Source: Lama glama (lineage: Eukaryota). From it: a stretch of DNA of 64,000 nucleotides. A program made the translations under genes and the position numbers. Below the pieces are notes generated by a model that searched no databases, was not told the origin of the DNA, and saw only the letters and a program-made list of their open reading frames with translations. The stretch is from assembly GCA_028534125.1 (NCBI GenBank), contig CM052817.1, positions 72,976,001-73,040,000 of the forward strand, written 5' to 3'. This document shows positions 27,878 to 40,235 of the stretch, in pieces (positions within the stretch are counted from its first letter, which is position 1; each line of letters opens with the position of its first letter).

Positions 27878-30414
27878 GGCCTGACTTCAAGTAATTTGTG
27901 TGGAGTATGCCTGAGTGCAGGTCTAAGAGGTAGAATTTTGAAAAAGCTAGTTATCACAGGATGCCAAGGATGCAGCTACAAAGAAAAACTTGCTGATAAA
28001 AAATTTCTTCAGTATGTGGATAGTAACAGCTAATAATTATATTACACTTATGGTATTACAGGTAATTATAGCATAATACATAGTACATAATAGGAATTAT
28101 ATTATAATAAGCACTTACTTTTATATTACATCAAGCATTTGACTAAACACTTAGTCATTTAAACTGACAACAAACACATAAGGTAAATTTCATTACTATC
28201 TCACTTCCTCCATGTTGTAGTGGTTATATCTAATATCCTGTATAAATTATGGCAAATTAAACTATGCTCCAATGAATTAAAAAGATAAGTTTAAGTCTAT
28301 GTTTGGTCCAGTGTGATAATGGAGGGCACAGAGTTCTTCCCCTAGCAGGGACCCCCCAGCCCCAGTACAACATGATGGTAGCAACTGATCTCAAAACAAC
28401 AAAAAGTGATTAATAACCAATAAAGAAGAGGTTCTGAGCAAAAAGAGATTCAAATTTGGAATCATATAATCCAAAAAGACAGTTCAAGGAACAGATTGCA
28501 TCCTGATGAACTCAAAAGTAACTATGAGAAAAACTCCTTTCACTTCAGAATAAACTACAATAGAGAAAAGAACTTTGAAAGGGATGGGGAAGACAGAGAA
28601 ACATCCTGCTACCTGGAAGGTGGGGGGTCTCTCTAGCAGGCTGACAGTAAATGGCCACTAATGTGAACAATCTACTTGTGTCTCTTACTGGTAAATCAAG
28701 TATCCTGCCTGGGCAATTGTCATATAAATGAATTCTCTAGCTGTGATTAGTTAAATGCATAAATCTTATCAGAATACACTTGTCTGTTGTCTTTACTGAT
28801 ACCCATGTCCAAATGGAGGGTTGGGGAAGTGATATTGTATCCATTCAGTATACTATCCTACAGATTCACTTAAGGTGTATGTATTAATATGTTCCTTTTT
28901 GTTGCTAAGTAGTATTCCATAGACTGACTACTTAGTTTTTTTAAACATTTAGAGTTGAATTTTAAAGACTACTTTATAAATATATTTGCTTGATTTCAGG
29001 GGCTGAAGTTGAGAAAGAAAATACAGCCATTATTCAGGAAGTTAATCAGCCATTCCACAAGAATTCACTGATGGAAGACTATTAGGACAAATATAACCTC
29101 ATGCACTAGATTACAAAAAAACTACTAAGACTCAAATAAGGTCAAAATTAGTTAAGAAGCAGGGCTAAGACTGAAACCTGGGTCGGTCTAGAATTCAGGA
29201 AGTAAAAAAATGAAGTCAAAGAATATTTTATCATGAATAACAATTTTCTAAAATACAACAATTTTCCTAGGTAAATCAAAACAGGCTAAAAATTGACATG
29301 TGTGGTTAGTATTAAAGCATCCTACTTACTAGACCAGGTGTTTACTAAGCCACGCCTTATATCCGATTTTAAGGCCAACTGCAGACAAAACCTGTTTTAA
29401 AGGAACACTTGAGGAGAGTGCCTCAAACTCTCTCATAGTAGCTGTCTTTTCCCATCTACCACAGTTCCGGGAAGCACACTTCGATTAGCAAGGCTAGTGT
29501 CCTTGAAAAACCTTATCCTTCTAATTTATTTCCTCCGGACCCCAGCTGCCTCTCCGAATATCTGAAAACTTGATTTTAAACAAAACAAAACGTCAGTAAG
29601 GCACCGTTAATTAATTTTCCCACAATGTTGACAGTATGGAGACTGAAACGCAAACTAGACACCAGAAAATAAAAAATTCTTGCTTCTTCAAAACAACCAC
29701 AATTAGTTCCTTGGCTCTATTTCCCACTTATGATGTAATATAAACAAAACCTAAGCACACACCTCACAGAGAAGTGCCCCCTTCACACTTGATGACTCCT
29801 GGCCTGAGGCTCTAGGTAAGCCGCTCACAAGGCTTTGGGCAAAGTTCGAAAACTGAGTGGGAGACACTCCAGATCCATAGCGGGGAAACTGCAAGGATAA
29901 AAGATTTCCCAGGTAGGTCACGGTCCAGTAAAACAAACTTCCACACCCAGGAAATAAGCTCCGGGCAAGGCAGAGGGTTCGTACTCTGGAGCTGCCGGAA
30001 TTGACGTCAGAGCCGCTCGCCGGAGGAGGCGGAGCGGCCGAGGGAGCGACCCATTGGAGCCCGGGAGAGGTAGGGGGTGTGGCGGCGTCGGCGGCGAGGC
30101 GCAGACCTAGGTGCGCGGGAGGGCGGGGCCTGGGCGGGCGACTCGCTGGGACTGGTCTCCTTCAGCGGCAGGAGGCGGTCACTCGAGCTGGGCTAGGGGC
30201 CTGAGGCGAGCTAGGGGCCATGAGGACCGCGAGGGAGTCCAGAGCCCGCAGCCCGGCCCTCCTCACTGGCTCAGCGGCGACTCGGCGGCCGCTGGAGTAA
30301 CCGCTGCCTTTGTTCCGGGCGCCTGTCCCTCTCGTCGCCCCAGTTCCTGACGCCGCCGCGCTCCTGCCGGCCCGCCCTTGGTACCAGAACCTTCATTCGG
30401 CTCGTGCCGCGCGG

Positions 30415-30561
30415 ATGCGGCTGCCGGGCCTCGGTTTGGGCTTTGAGCGGGAGGAGGAGGAGGAGGAGCGGCGGCGCCTAGGCGGCATGCAATGGGGAAC
30501 TGCTGCTGGACGCAGTGCTTCGGGCTTCTCCGCAAGGAAGCGGGGCGGCTGCAGCGTGTAG
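30415..30561 (+). other. Upstream overlapping ORF (48 aa from ATG 30415; second in-frame ATG at 30487), out of frame with AP1AR
   Basis: ATG 30415 and ATG 30487 share a frame ending at TAG 30559-30561 inside exon 1; translation is unproven. Confidence 0.55.
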
Positions 30562-30574
30562 GAGGCGGCGGAGG
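30492..30574 (+). CDS. AP1AR: AP1AR coding exon 1 (MGNCCWTQCFGLLRKEAGRLQRVGGGG-G), N-terminal Gly2/Cys lipidation motif
   Basis: ATG at 30492 in gcaATGg context inside the CpG island; translation matches the gadkin N-terminus as I know it; donor GG|gtaagc at 30575. Confidence 0.97.
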
Positions 30575-33500
30575 GTAAGCCCACTGGGGGAGGGGCCCGA
30601 CGGCCTCTGGCTCCTCCTATTCTGCCCCTGGCAAGGAACCCCTTTCACTCCCCTAAAGGCTTAGCGGAAGCTGGGCTCCCCGCTACCCTCACCGGTGAGC
30701 AGGCGTCGAGTGAGTGGTCCTACTGGAGGCCTTGGTCTGGAAGGGCCTCCCAGGGCGAGAGCTAGAGAAGGGGGTGGGGTGTCGCTCCTACAGCCTCCAA
30801 GCGAGACTCCCGCCGGGCGCGCTGTCACGAGGGGAGTCATGGGAGGCATCATCTCTAGGAAGCATGGGGCACTGTCCCACGAATGGGCAGTAGAACAGGA
30901 CCCACAGCAACCTGAACACATCCTACGTTGAGCTTGAGTTTAATGCCAAAGATGATGGTAGCTCTTGTATCTGATCCTCCCTTTGGCTCTGACAGAGCAG
31001 ATGGAGAATCTGGCTCCAAAAAGTGATGTTTCTGAGATTTTTTAGTAGAAGTCATTTGGATGCTGGAGTGAAGTAAGATCCCAGACATTCAGTAATCCTT
31101 TGATGCGTACAGAGACTTGCAACTGCTGGGTTCCTTTCCCAGTGTGCATTCAAATTCTTGGTGCTTACAACAAGAGGAGCAGTATGTAGCTTTTTCAGCT
31201 TCATTTTTTGGAGTTTGGAGAGGAATGCCATACAGTGATTGCTACCCAGAAGCTCCGTAACGCTAGGGAAATCAGTCCTTCTGAGCATCAATACTCTTGA
31301 TAAATTCTCCAACATGCAAAGATTTTTCTACTCGTACCATCCATAGAATAATAGAATTTTATAATTATTCCATTTTTGTCTTTTTTATTTCATAGGGTAT
31401 TGAAAAACTTAAGTTTCTTTGAAATTGGGTTTGTTGTTATTGTTAAGTATCTCCCAGGAATTCAAACTTAGAATTGAAAATCTGAGCCAAGCCACTTTTA
31501 TAAGGAATAAGATTTATTAATTTTGCGCTTTCTGGGACAGATTGCTAAATTTTCAGGATCTGTCCCATTTAACCAACATCATTAGGTAATAAGATGTTCA
31601 ACATACACATGCTGAAGCCACATGATTTACCATTTGGATATTTTGGTGATGTAGCTCTTAAGATACATGAGTCACTCATTACGTCATCAGGCATTGTGTC
31701 ACCTCTCTGATACAAAGTAGGTAAGTGTCCCAGATGGAAAAGTAAAGATTTAAAGATTTTGTGCCTACTTTAGTATTTTGGTTTCTCTGACCTAAGGGCT
31801 GTTACAGGGGAACATGACAGCTGTTTTATCTTGTAAGCTAGAGTCATCTAATTTACTTCTAATTTTTGTGTATGGGTGCTCTCATATAGTCAAGCTCTGT
31901 AAAAGGCTTGCCTACAGACTAGATGCCACAAAATCCTTGGCTTTGTTAATATATTTGTTTATTTGTAGTTGTGTTGTAGGGTAACTGTAAAAATAGAGTC
32001 TTATGCTCAAATTAGGTAAGCAAAAATCCTTTGTATTTGACTTTGGAGTACATTGATATCTGTGGGATTTTTGTATTGTTTTGTTTTTTCACAGTGATTT
32101 TACAAATTAAAAATGTTATCCTTAGAGTATAGCATTAAAATTACAGGTTTTACACCCTGAGCACATGAACTTGGCAATATAGGGAAGGGACAGGAAAAAT
32201 CAGTGAATCGTGGTGTTAATTCTAGATATGCCATAAAATCATTAAAGTTGGATCTGTACCTTCTGGTTATGGGCAAAATTTGAACAAACAAGTCCTGTTG
32301 AGACAATGTGAGTCTGGGTTGTGGACACTGTCATCTAAAACCATATAATAGTGATATCCATCCTTTTGTTTTAATCCATAAACATAGGTTCTGAAAGTTC
32401 CCTACTTGAATCTTCTGATTAATTCATTGTTTTATATTCATTTTAACATTTTAGGAGCTCCTAATAAACATACAGAGACAGATGAATGTAGTTGTTACTT
32501 ACAGAATAAGGTTGAACTCTACTTCCCATTTTAGTAATTGCCTTTGTTTTGTAATCACCTGGTAATTCTGATTTTCTTTCAGGTATAGATCTAGATATTT
32601 AGTAGTTCATCTAAGGGCAAAAAAGTTTAGGAGCAATCACAAAAACTTGACGTGATTTATATTTTTCAAAGTAGTGACCACAAGTGAAAGAATCTTGGGT
32701 TTTCTTAGAGTTAAGTTATGTCAGAAACTTTGCTACTAATAAAGTTATACGGTGATTAAAACAGAGGGAGCTAAGTATCTTTAAGGAATAACATTTAGAC
32801 ATCCTAATGAGTCATCCTTTTTTACTATAGGGAGTTTTGCCTACTCATATTCTGAAGGGCTCCATCTGCTGGTCAGTTCCCCTTTTTTCTTGGATGGTAG
32901 TAGAAATCTTGCATAGACCCTTAACAATAGTTTTTCTTTCTCAAACTGAAGATCCAATTATGTTTTGTTGTGTTGTATTTTAATTCCCTTTTTTATCTTA
33001 CAATTCCACACAATGGTTCCAGTTAAGATGTACTATAGTTTTATATAAAGGTATTTCATATTTTGTATCCTTCTTGATATTTAAAAATTGTTGGCCTTTT
33101 TGGCTCCAGCAGCAAAGTTGCTGGATTTGCTGTTTTCTTCCTGGTGAAAATGATTTTAGTAATAGCTACCAACAATTGATTACTTCCTATATTCCAAGCA
33201 CTGTTTTTATATCTCATGGCTTTTTATTATACCTTAGAAACATTTTATTAAACATAAACATTATGAACAATTAGCTGCTGTATCTCTCAGTGCATTATCT
33301 TGTACTTTGTCACTGGAAGATCTTATGCATTTATCTCAACAACTTGGCTCTTTATTCTGTGTAATAAGCTGTTTTCCTTTTTGTGAAACTATACACTTGA
33401 CCCCTGCAATCACTTTTATCTTATTTTCTTGTTCCTGTCTTGGCTATTCTCACTCCGCCTGCCCATTAAATATGGTTTTTCATCGGTCTTTTCTCCTATT

Positions 33501-34800
33501 TATTTAGTTCCCTTCACACCTATGCCTACCCCTGAAGAAATTTCATCCATTTCTATGATTTCAACCACTACCACTTCCAAATCTCATGTCTTCTGAGCAA
33601 ACCTCTTTTCAAATGTTCAGCACTATATTTTCAGTTGCCTACTGAAGAGATACACTTGAATGTTAAAAGGCTCCTCAAGTCAACTTATCTAAAATATCTA
33701 ATATCTAATATTGGTGTTCCAATAAATATCTGAAATAGTGCATTTTTCCCTCTAGATTTCTTTCTCTGCTTCATATATTCCCTAATCAATGATTAGGGAT
33801 TCCCTTAACACAGCTCCATTCAGTCTTCTATCCTGCAAACGTTATAGTCCTCTACAACTCTCATCAGCAATTCTGTCTTTCCTTAGTACATACTGAACCC
33901 GTTTCCTTCCTCTGTGCTTCTTCTCTAAACTGTCTTTCAAGTCCGCTGGTCACTGGCTTCTAGACTGTTATACCTATTATATCTCTTATACTTCAGGCCA
34001 TCTTCCCTTCCTGTCAGTGGAGTTAAGCTTTCTAAAACCCATACAAGATCATGACAGTCCCTTGACTAATGATTTCCAGCTGCAAACTATTTCCTACAGC
34101 TAGGTTGCTCAGCCTTTTTTCCCCTTCTTTGACCGATGATAAGTTGCATGACATTCAAATGGGCAACATAATGTCCTTTTGAATACTCGGAATTATATGC
34201 AGTTCTACATTAAGGTAAGGTGTGTGATCTTACTCTTCGTTCTCTCATTCAGAAAATCATGTCAGAATACAAATCAGAACATTAAAAGGAAAACACTGAA
34301 TCTATTCTAATTTCAAAAAATAACTCATTCATAAACCTTAGTATTTTAATTTTTGATAAATGATAGTCTTCCAATTCAGAGTAGTATCGAGTTCAGACTC
34401 CTGACAAGATAACTTAATCTATTTTACCAGCTTAACTACATTTTCTAATTATATTTTCTTTAGAGTATAGCCTTAAAATTGTAGATTTTACTCCTTGTGC
34501 ACATGAGCCTGGCAACATAGGCAAGGGAAGTCAATCAGTGAAAGTATTCCCTGCCATTCTTTCACTTGCCACATCCCCAATATCCTATATACTAGATGGA
34601 CTGTACTTGTTCCTGTTTTCCTGAAATACAGTATTCTCTCGTTCTGTGCCTTTATATGTGATATTTTTCTTCTTTTCCTATTCTTGGTGAGCTTTTAATT
34701 ATCCTTAAATATTCCCTGTGAAACCTGCTCAAACCCCATGAGATAATATTATCTCCCTGAGGAAATAATATTTTCTGCAGGCTTAAATCTACTTTGTGGC

Positions 34801-35004
34801 AAGGATTGTAAACTTTTTCTGTAAAAATAATACATATTTTAGGCTTTGCAGGCCATAAGGTCTCTGTTGCTACTCAACATTTTATCAAAAAAGCAGCAAC
34901 AGCCAGCCAGTATGTAAAATGTGACTGTGTTCCAGTAAAACTTTGTTTACAGAAACAGACATTGGGGCAGATTTGGTCCATGGACCATAGTTTCCTGCCT
35001 CCTG
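34801..35004. mobile_element. MER58A-like MITE
   Basis: aaactttttctgtaaa...tttaggctttgcaggccata...catagtttcctgcctcctg. Confidence 0.75.
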
Positions 35005-35299
35005 GTATATACCATGTTATGGGTTGAGAGCTCCTCAAGGACTGTATAGAGTACTAATGAGAATTTTAAAATATTTTATCATAATACATATTACTAAAAT
35101 ACAGTAATCAATAGTGTCATTATTTGAGAGATTCAGTTTGGTTTTCTGCATGTTTGTCAGCTTTAAAAAATATATAAGTACAAGATGTTTCTCTCGAAAT
35201 TTCAGAAGTTAGGATGGAAAACATTAGTAGACTTAAATGGATATGAATTTCTTGAAAACTCTATGTTATACCTTAGAGGCTCCCCAGAGCTCTGTACTG

Positions 35300-37520
35300 A
35301 ACCTTACTCTGTTCTTCCTTATTTTCCTTCCTTAATGTACTTTCCCTGGGTGAAGGCATGAAAACATTTGGCTTTACCTACTACCTGCATACGAATGAGC
35401 TCCATCATCTGAGTCTGAACCTTGAATATCTAACTGCCTACTGAGTATTTCCCCTTGAATATCAAACATAACCTCAAATTTACTTTGTAAAATTGAGCTC
35501 ATCTTTCTTTCCTTCTCATAGTTCTTTACTCCTTTTTTCTTTTTTTTAAGCCCTAGCCATTTTTACTACTTTGTGCCCTACTTTGTGAGTATTAAAACAA
35601 TATATAGTTACCAAAGCCATGAACGTGAGAATCATACTAAACTCCTCCCTTCACTCACCTTTCAAATCCAATTTTGTAGATTATACTTGTAGATTTTGTA
35701 GTTTATACCTTCTGAATGTCCCATTTCTTTCCAACCTGTACATCCTACCTGTCTTAGTACAGACCCGTCAGTCTTCTGTATTTGTAGCTCTGCCCTCTTG
35801 CCAATACCTTTGTGAGCTGTGCCTCTCTAATCTGAAAACCAAAAAGAAAGAAACACTAAACCTTACTTAGATTCCTGCATCTCCTTCCAGCTATTACCCT
35901 GTCTCCAGTTTTTTCCCTTTAACAATTTAAAAAATTGTCTGGTCTTGATATCTCCATTTCATCACTTTTCACTCAGTCTTCAAGGTAAGCTAATGTTTAC
36001 TCTCCTTCCTGCCCCCCACTCATAACATCAAAATAACCATCATAATCCAGTAGGTATTATTAGTCTTTACTGTACCTGATCTTTTAGCACCATTTGATGC
36101 TGTTGACTCCTCTCTTAACTCCTGCAATTTCACATTCACTGTATTTTCCATCTACCTCCCTGGCTTGTGGACTTAACTAAATCCATCTTTCCTATTTCTT
36201 ATGAATGTTCATTTTCTTCACCTCAGCTATTAAATGTTACAGTCCTTTAAAACTTAACTAGACTCTTACCTTACTATACTTTCCCTAAGTAGCATGCATA
36301 TAGTCACTAATCTACAAGCATCTTTGACACTGTTCCCCATCATCCAGTATTTCTAGTCCATCCCCAAAACCATATATATTTTTTTACCTCCTAAATAGCT
36401 TTTCATTCCACCCACTTATCTCACTACTGTCACCTTATTCAAGCTGTCATCATTTCTTGCTTAGATTTACAATACCGTGTGTTAAAGTAGCATTCTTCCT
36501 CATTTATTACTTTGACACTGTTTTATTTTCCTTCATAACACTTACCACTGCATGACTTTGTAGACTGAGTATTTGCTTGTCTGTTACCTATTTCACCTTA
36601 CTAGAGTAAAATTTCATGAGGTTAAGGACTTTAATTTATTTATTCCTATGTATCCAACACACAAAGTGTGCTTGCACGTAGTAGGCACTCAATGTTTGTT
36701 GACTGAGTGGATAGACTACCAGCTGGTCTACCCACATCTATTCCTGATGTTTTTCAGTTTATCCTGCAGTCTGGAGTCAAACGTGATCATAAATGCAAAT
36801 CTGTGATACAAATGCAGATTAAAATTCTTCTGTTGGTGGTTTACCATACTTTTAGGATAAAGACCGAAATCTTTAATGTAGCTTTCAAGACTTTGCAGTA
36901 TCTTATCTATTCTTTGCCTACTTCTTTTTTATTTTATTTTAATTTTTTTTGCCTCATTTGTATCACACTCTTCCTTGAATTAATTTTTTCCCTTTTTCCT
37001 TAGACGACTCCTACTCACTCATCTTTTAGATGCCAGCTCAAGGCTTGTTTCCCACAGAAGCTTTCCTAGTCTGATTCTACCTTCAGGGGATAAGTTCTCA
37101 CACCAGGATGGAACCATCTTCCTTTTCTTCTCAGGACTTCCTCAAGTTATAATTATACCTGAAATAGTGTAATTATTTGGTTAATGTCTGTTTTCCACTC
37201 TCAGTGTAAAGGAAGGAGTTCATTCCTATTTTGCTTACTTTTGAATGCCCAGCTCCAAGTTATGTGCCTAGTATGTAGTAGATATTTATTAAGTATTTGT
37301 TGACAGAATTATCGTATGCAGTCTTGATCTTTTCATTTCCCCTTGACTTTGGTAGCTACTGCTCCCTGAAACATTCCTTTCCACTACCTGGCTAATTCCT
37401 CCTCCTCTAGCCAATTTTTGATGCCCCTTATTTGGACATATCCCATTCAGAGCATCATAGTTGTTAATTTACCTGTGTGTCTGCCGCATTAGACTGTAAG
37501 CCTGTTGGATACGTGGGTCA
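35300..37520 (+). mobile_element. Cluster of L2 LINE fragments
   Basis: CT-rich L2 body motifs and 3' ends (gtaggcactcaatgtttgttgactga; tgcctagtatgtagtagatatttattaagtatttgttga). Confidence 0.7.
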
Positions 37521-40235
37521 ATTTTTATTCACTGTTGTATTTTAAATATAAATATGTAGCTATGTCTGTCATTCAGTTATCCAGGGAAGTAAGAAGAATT
37601 AGAAAGTTCAAAATCATAGACATGTAAGTGGCAACAGTTTCTAAAAGAAGAAGGTAGTCAGCGATTTGAGATGTTGCTCACACCTTGCAGAGGATAAATA
37701 AGAGGACTAAAAGACCTCTGAGGTCTCTTCTGGTTACTAGTTCCCTCTAAATCAGGCTCCTCTTAAAGGGCAATAACTTTTTAACCCATATTTTCTGTCT
37801 TTAACATGCTTAACAGGAAGATTTGTCTCTTCTCTTCCAAAGAACACAATATATATTTTGAATATCCATTCTTCGTAAGTTTACCTTCATTAGGGAGGAG
37901 TTTATTTAATAGTAAATATTATTACTTTATTATTACCACCTATGTCACTGCTGTCCCTACATGGAAAATCTGTTGATGGATTATCTCTGGAGATTTGAAT
38001 AGTTAAACCTTCATTGAAGTATTTGATACTCATTGAAAAATGATGTGTCTGTCATCTTCAGTGTAATGTTTTTTTTCCAGGCTTCTATTTGTAACCTTTC
38101 TAATCTTTTGTCCAGAAAAAAAGAGTCATGGGAAGCTTTTAATTTTTAATAGACTGTGGAACAATTTACCATGGTTCTTCATTATTTATTTATAATATCA
38201 AACAAAATATAAGGAAAGACTTTCTTATTTTACTTTAACAGATATTATACAGGAGAATGTGAAGATGTAGGATTTGTGAGAATTTTTTAGTTATCTTTTA
38301 CTAAAGTCACTTTTCTATAAAAGCGTATTTGTCTACTTTACAAATAACATATAGAAGCATAAAAAACTGCATTTTCAGTCTATTCTTGATGAGACTGATT
38401 TTATCCTTAATAAAAGATTATCTTAGTATCTGTCGTGATAACACTGATGAATAAATATATATGCAAGAATCTCCACTTTTATACTACATTACTTTCAAAC
38501 TCTTCCAAATTCCTTTACATGCCACCATCATGTAGAGTATGATAGCCTACCTTTTCTACCTCTTTAATATCCTTTACATATTTGAGTCCACTTTCACATC
38601 ATTCTGCAATAGGAGAATGGTTATACAGAAACTTAGTTCATTTAGAGACAGCTCTCAGGGACATAAGGATTGTGTATAAATAAATGTCAGTGGATGACTT
38701 TGGAGAGCTCTAGATTTTTTTTTTTTAAAAGGAATTTAGACTTCTGTTTTCTTTAAATCATTGTCCAGAGCCTCTTGGTTTCAGCTGCTCAACTTTTACC
38801 ATAACTAACTCACCTGAATATACATACTTTTGAATACAGTGGTTGGTTGCTGCTCATATTATTTCTTACCTCCCCCTTCCCTCCAGGGCATATTCATGGA
38901 AGTTAAATGCACATGTGGTATGACTTTAACCATTTTTTCCACAGTTCAGCTTTATTTTATATGATACTGACATATTCCTAAAGGACTTTTCTAGCTTCTT
39001 ATATCATTTTGTCCTTTATCCTTTTCACTCCTTGCACTTAAGTCTTATGTCTTGGATTTACTGTCTTGGATTTACTACATTTATTTTTTTTCTCTTGTAC
39101 CTCCTTTCTTGACTTCTGCTTCTATTGTATTATGTCCCCATTGAGATTCTGACACTTCTCCCCATCACCTCTCATTTTCCAGTCCATCCCCCACACCAGA
39201 TGATTTTTATCGTCTAAATATTTCTTTACTCTATCCACTTCTCTCATTGACAACACTCTAATCCAGGCTATCATCATTTCTTGCCTACGCCCAAAATTTA
39301 ATTGCATACATTATTCCCATTATTCCCTCACTCTCTGCATTTATCCCCACTCACTTCTCTAGGATTCGCATGGTTCCTGACACTTGCAGGAACAGCTTCT
39401 TATGAGGACCCACATTCACTCCTCTAAGTTGAAGGAAATAATGGTGCTTCATTCCCCCTCTAGTCACTTTAAATATAATAAACATTGATTGATTAAGTTT
39501 TTGATTTAGGGTAGTGATTCTTAACTGGAATATTCATTTAAGTCTCATTTTCATACATGTAGCTCAGGTTCATTCATTTCTACTCCTTTGTAGTGTTTTA
39601 TTGTGTGAGTAAGCCATAATTAAATTCATCTATTCCCCTGTTGATAAGCATTTAGAATATTTCAAGATTTTTTTTACTATTACAAACTACTTCAGTTAAC
39701 ATTCTTATAAATATTTCTTTGTACACTTGTTCTAGAGATTTTTTAGGTATATATACTCAGAAATTGAATTGCTGGTTCGTAGCTCATGCACATCTTCAAA
39801 TTTACTAGAATATATCAAACTCTTCAAAGCAGTTATACCAGTTTATACTTTTGCAGACAGTGGGATTTCATTGTTCCATTTCTAACACTTGGTATTATCA
39901 GATATTTTTCCTAATCTCTTAATGTGAAATTCTATCTATTATTTGTATTAAAATTTTATTGTGTTCCTATATATCAGCAATAAACAGATAATGTATATTT
40001 TAAAAATTACTTTCTATGTAAGCAATTAAAAATACAAGAAACTAGGAATAAATCGATAATAGATGTATAAGACCAAAACAACAGTTAAAAAAAAAAAAAC
40101 TAAATAAATGGAGGACAATACCATGTTCATGGACAGAAAGATCTGAATTCAGTGCAGTTCCAGCAGTTGGACTAAACTTAACCAGCTGATTACACCAATT
40201 TTTATGGAAGAGCAAAGGATGAAAAATCACATGGG

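Larger units (their letters stand above)
29960..30860. promoter_or_regulatory. AP1AR: CpG island promoter / 5'UTR of AP1AR
   Basis: The only CpG-dense, GC-rich segment in the window; CRE TGACGTCA 30002-30009, reverse CCAAT (ATTGG) 30053-30057, GC box GGGCGGGGC 30121-30129; no TATA box seen. Confidence 0.92.

Noticed and set aside
30001..31088. Multiple 60-90 aa ORFs on both strands in the CpG island
   Set aside because: Expected from stop-codon scarcity in GC-rich DNA, and several start at non-ATG codons; only the ATG-initiated uORFs were kept.
34506..34525. agcctggcaacataggcaag resembling the 7SL/Alu 3' end
   Set aside because: Only a ~20-bp imperfect match with no flanking 7SL sequence, and the paralogous copy matches worse.
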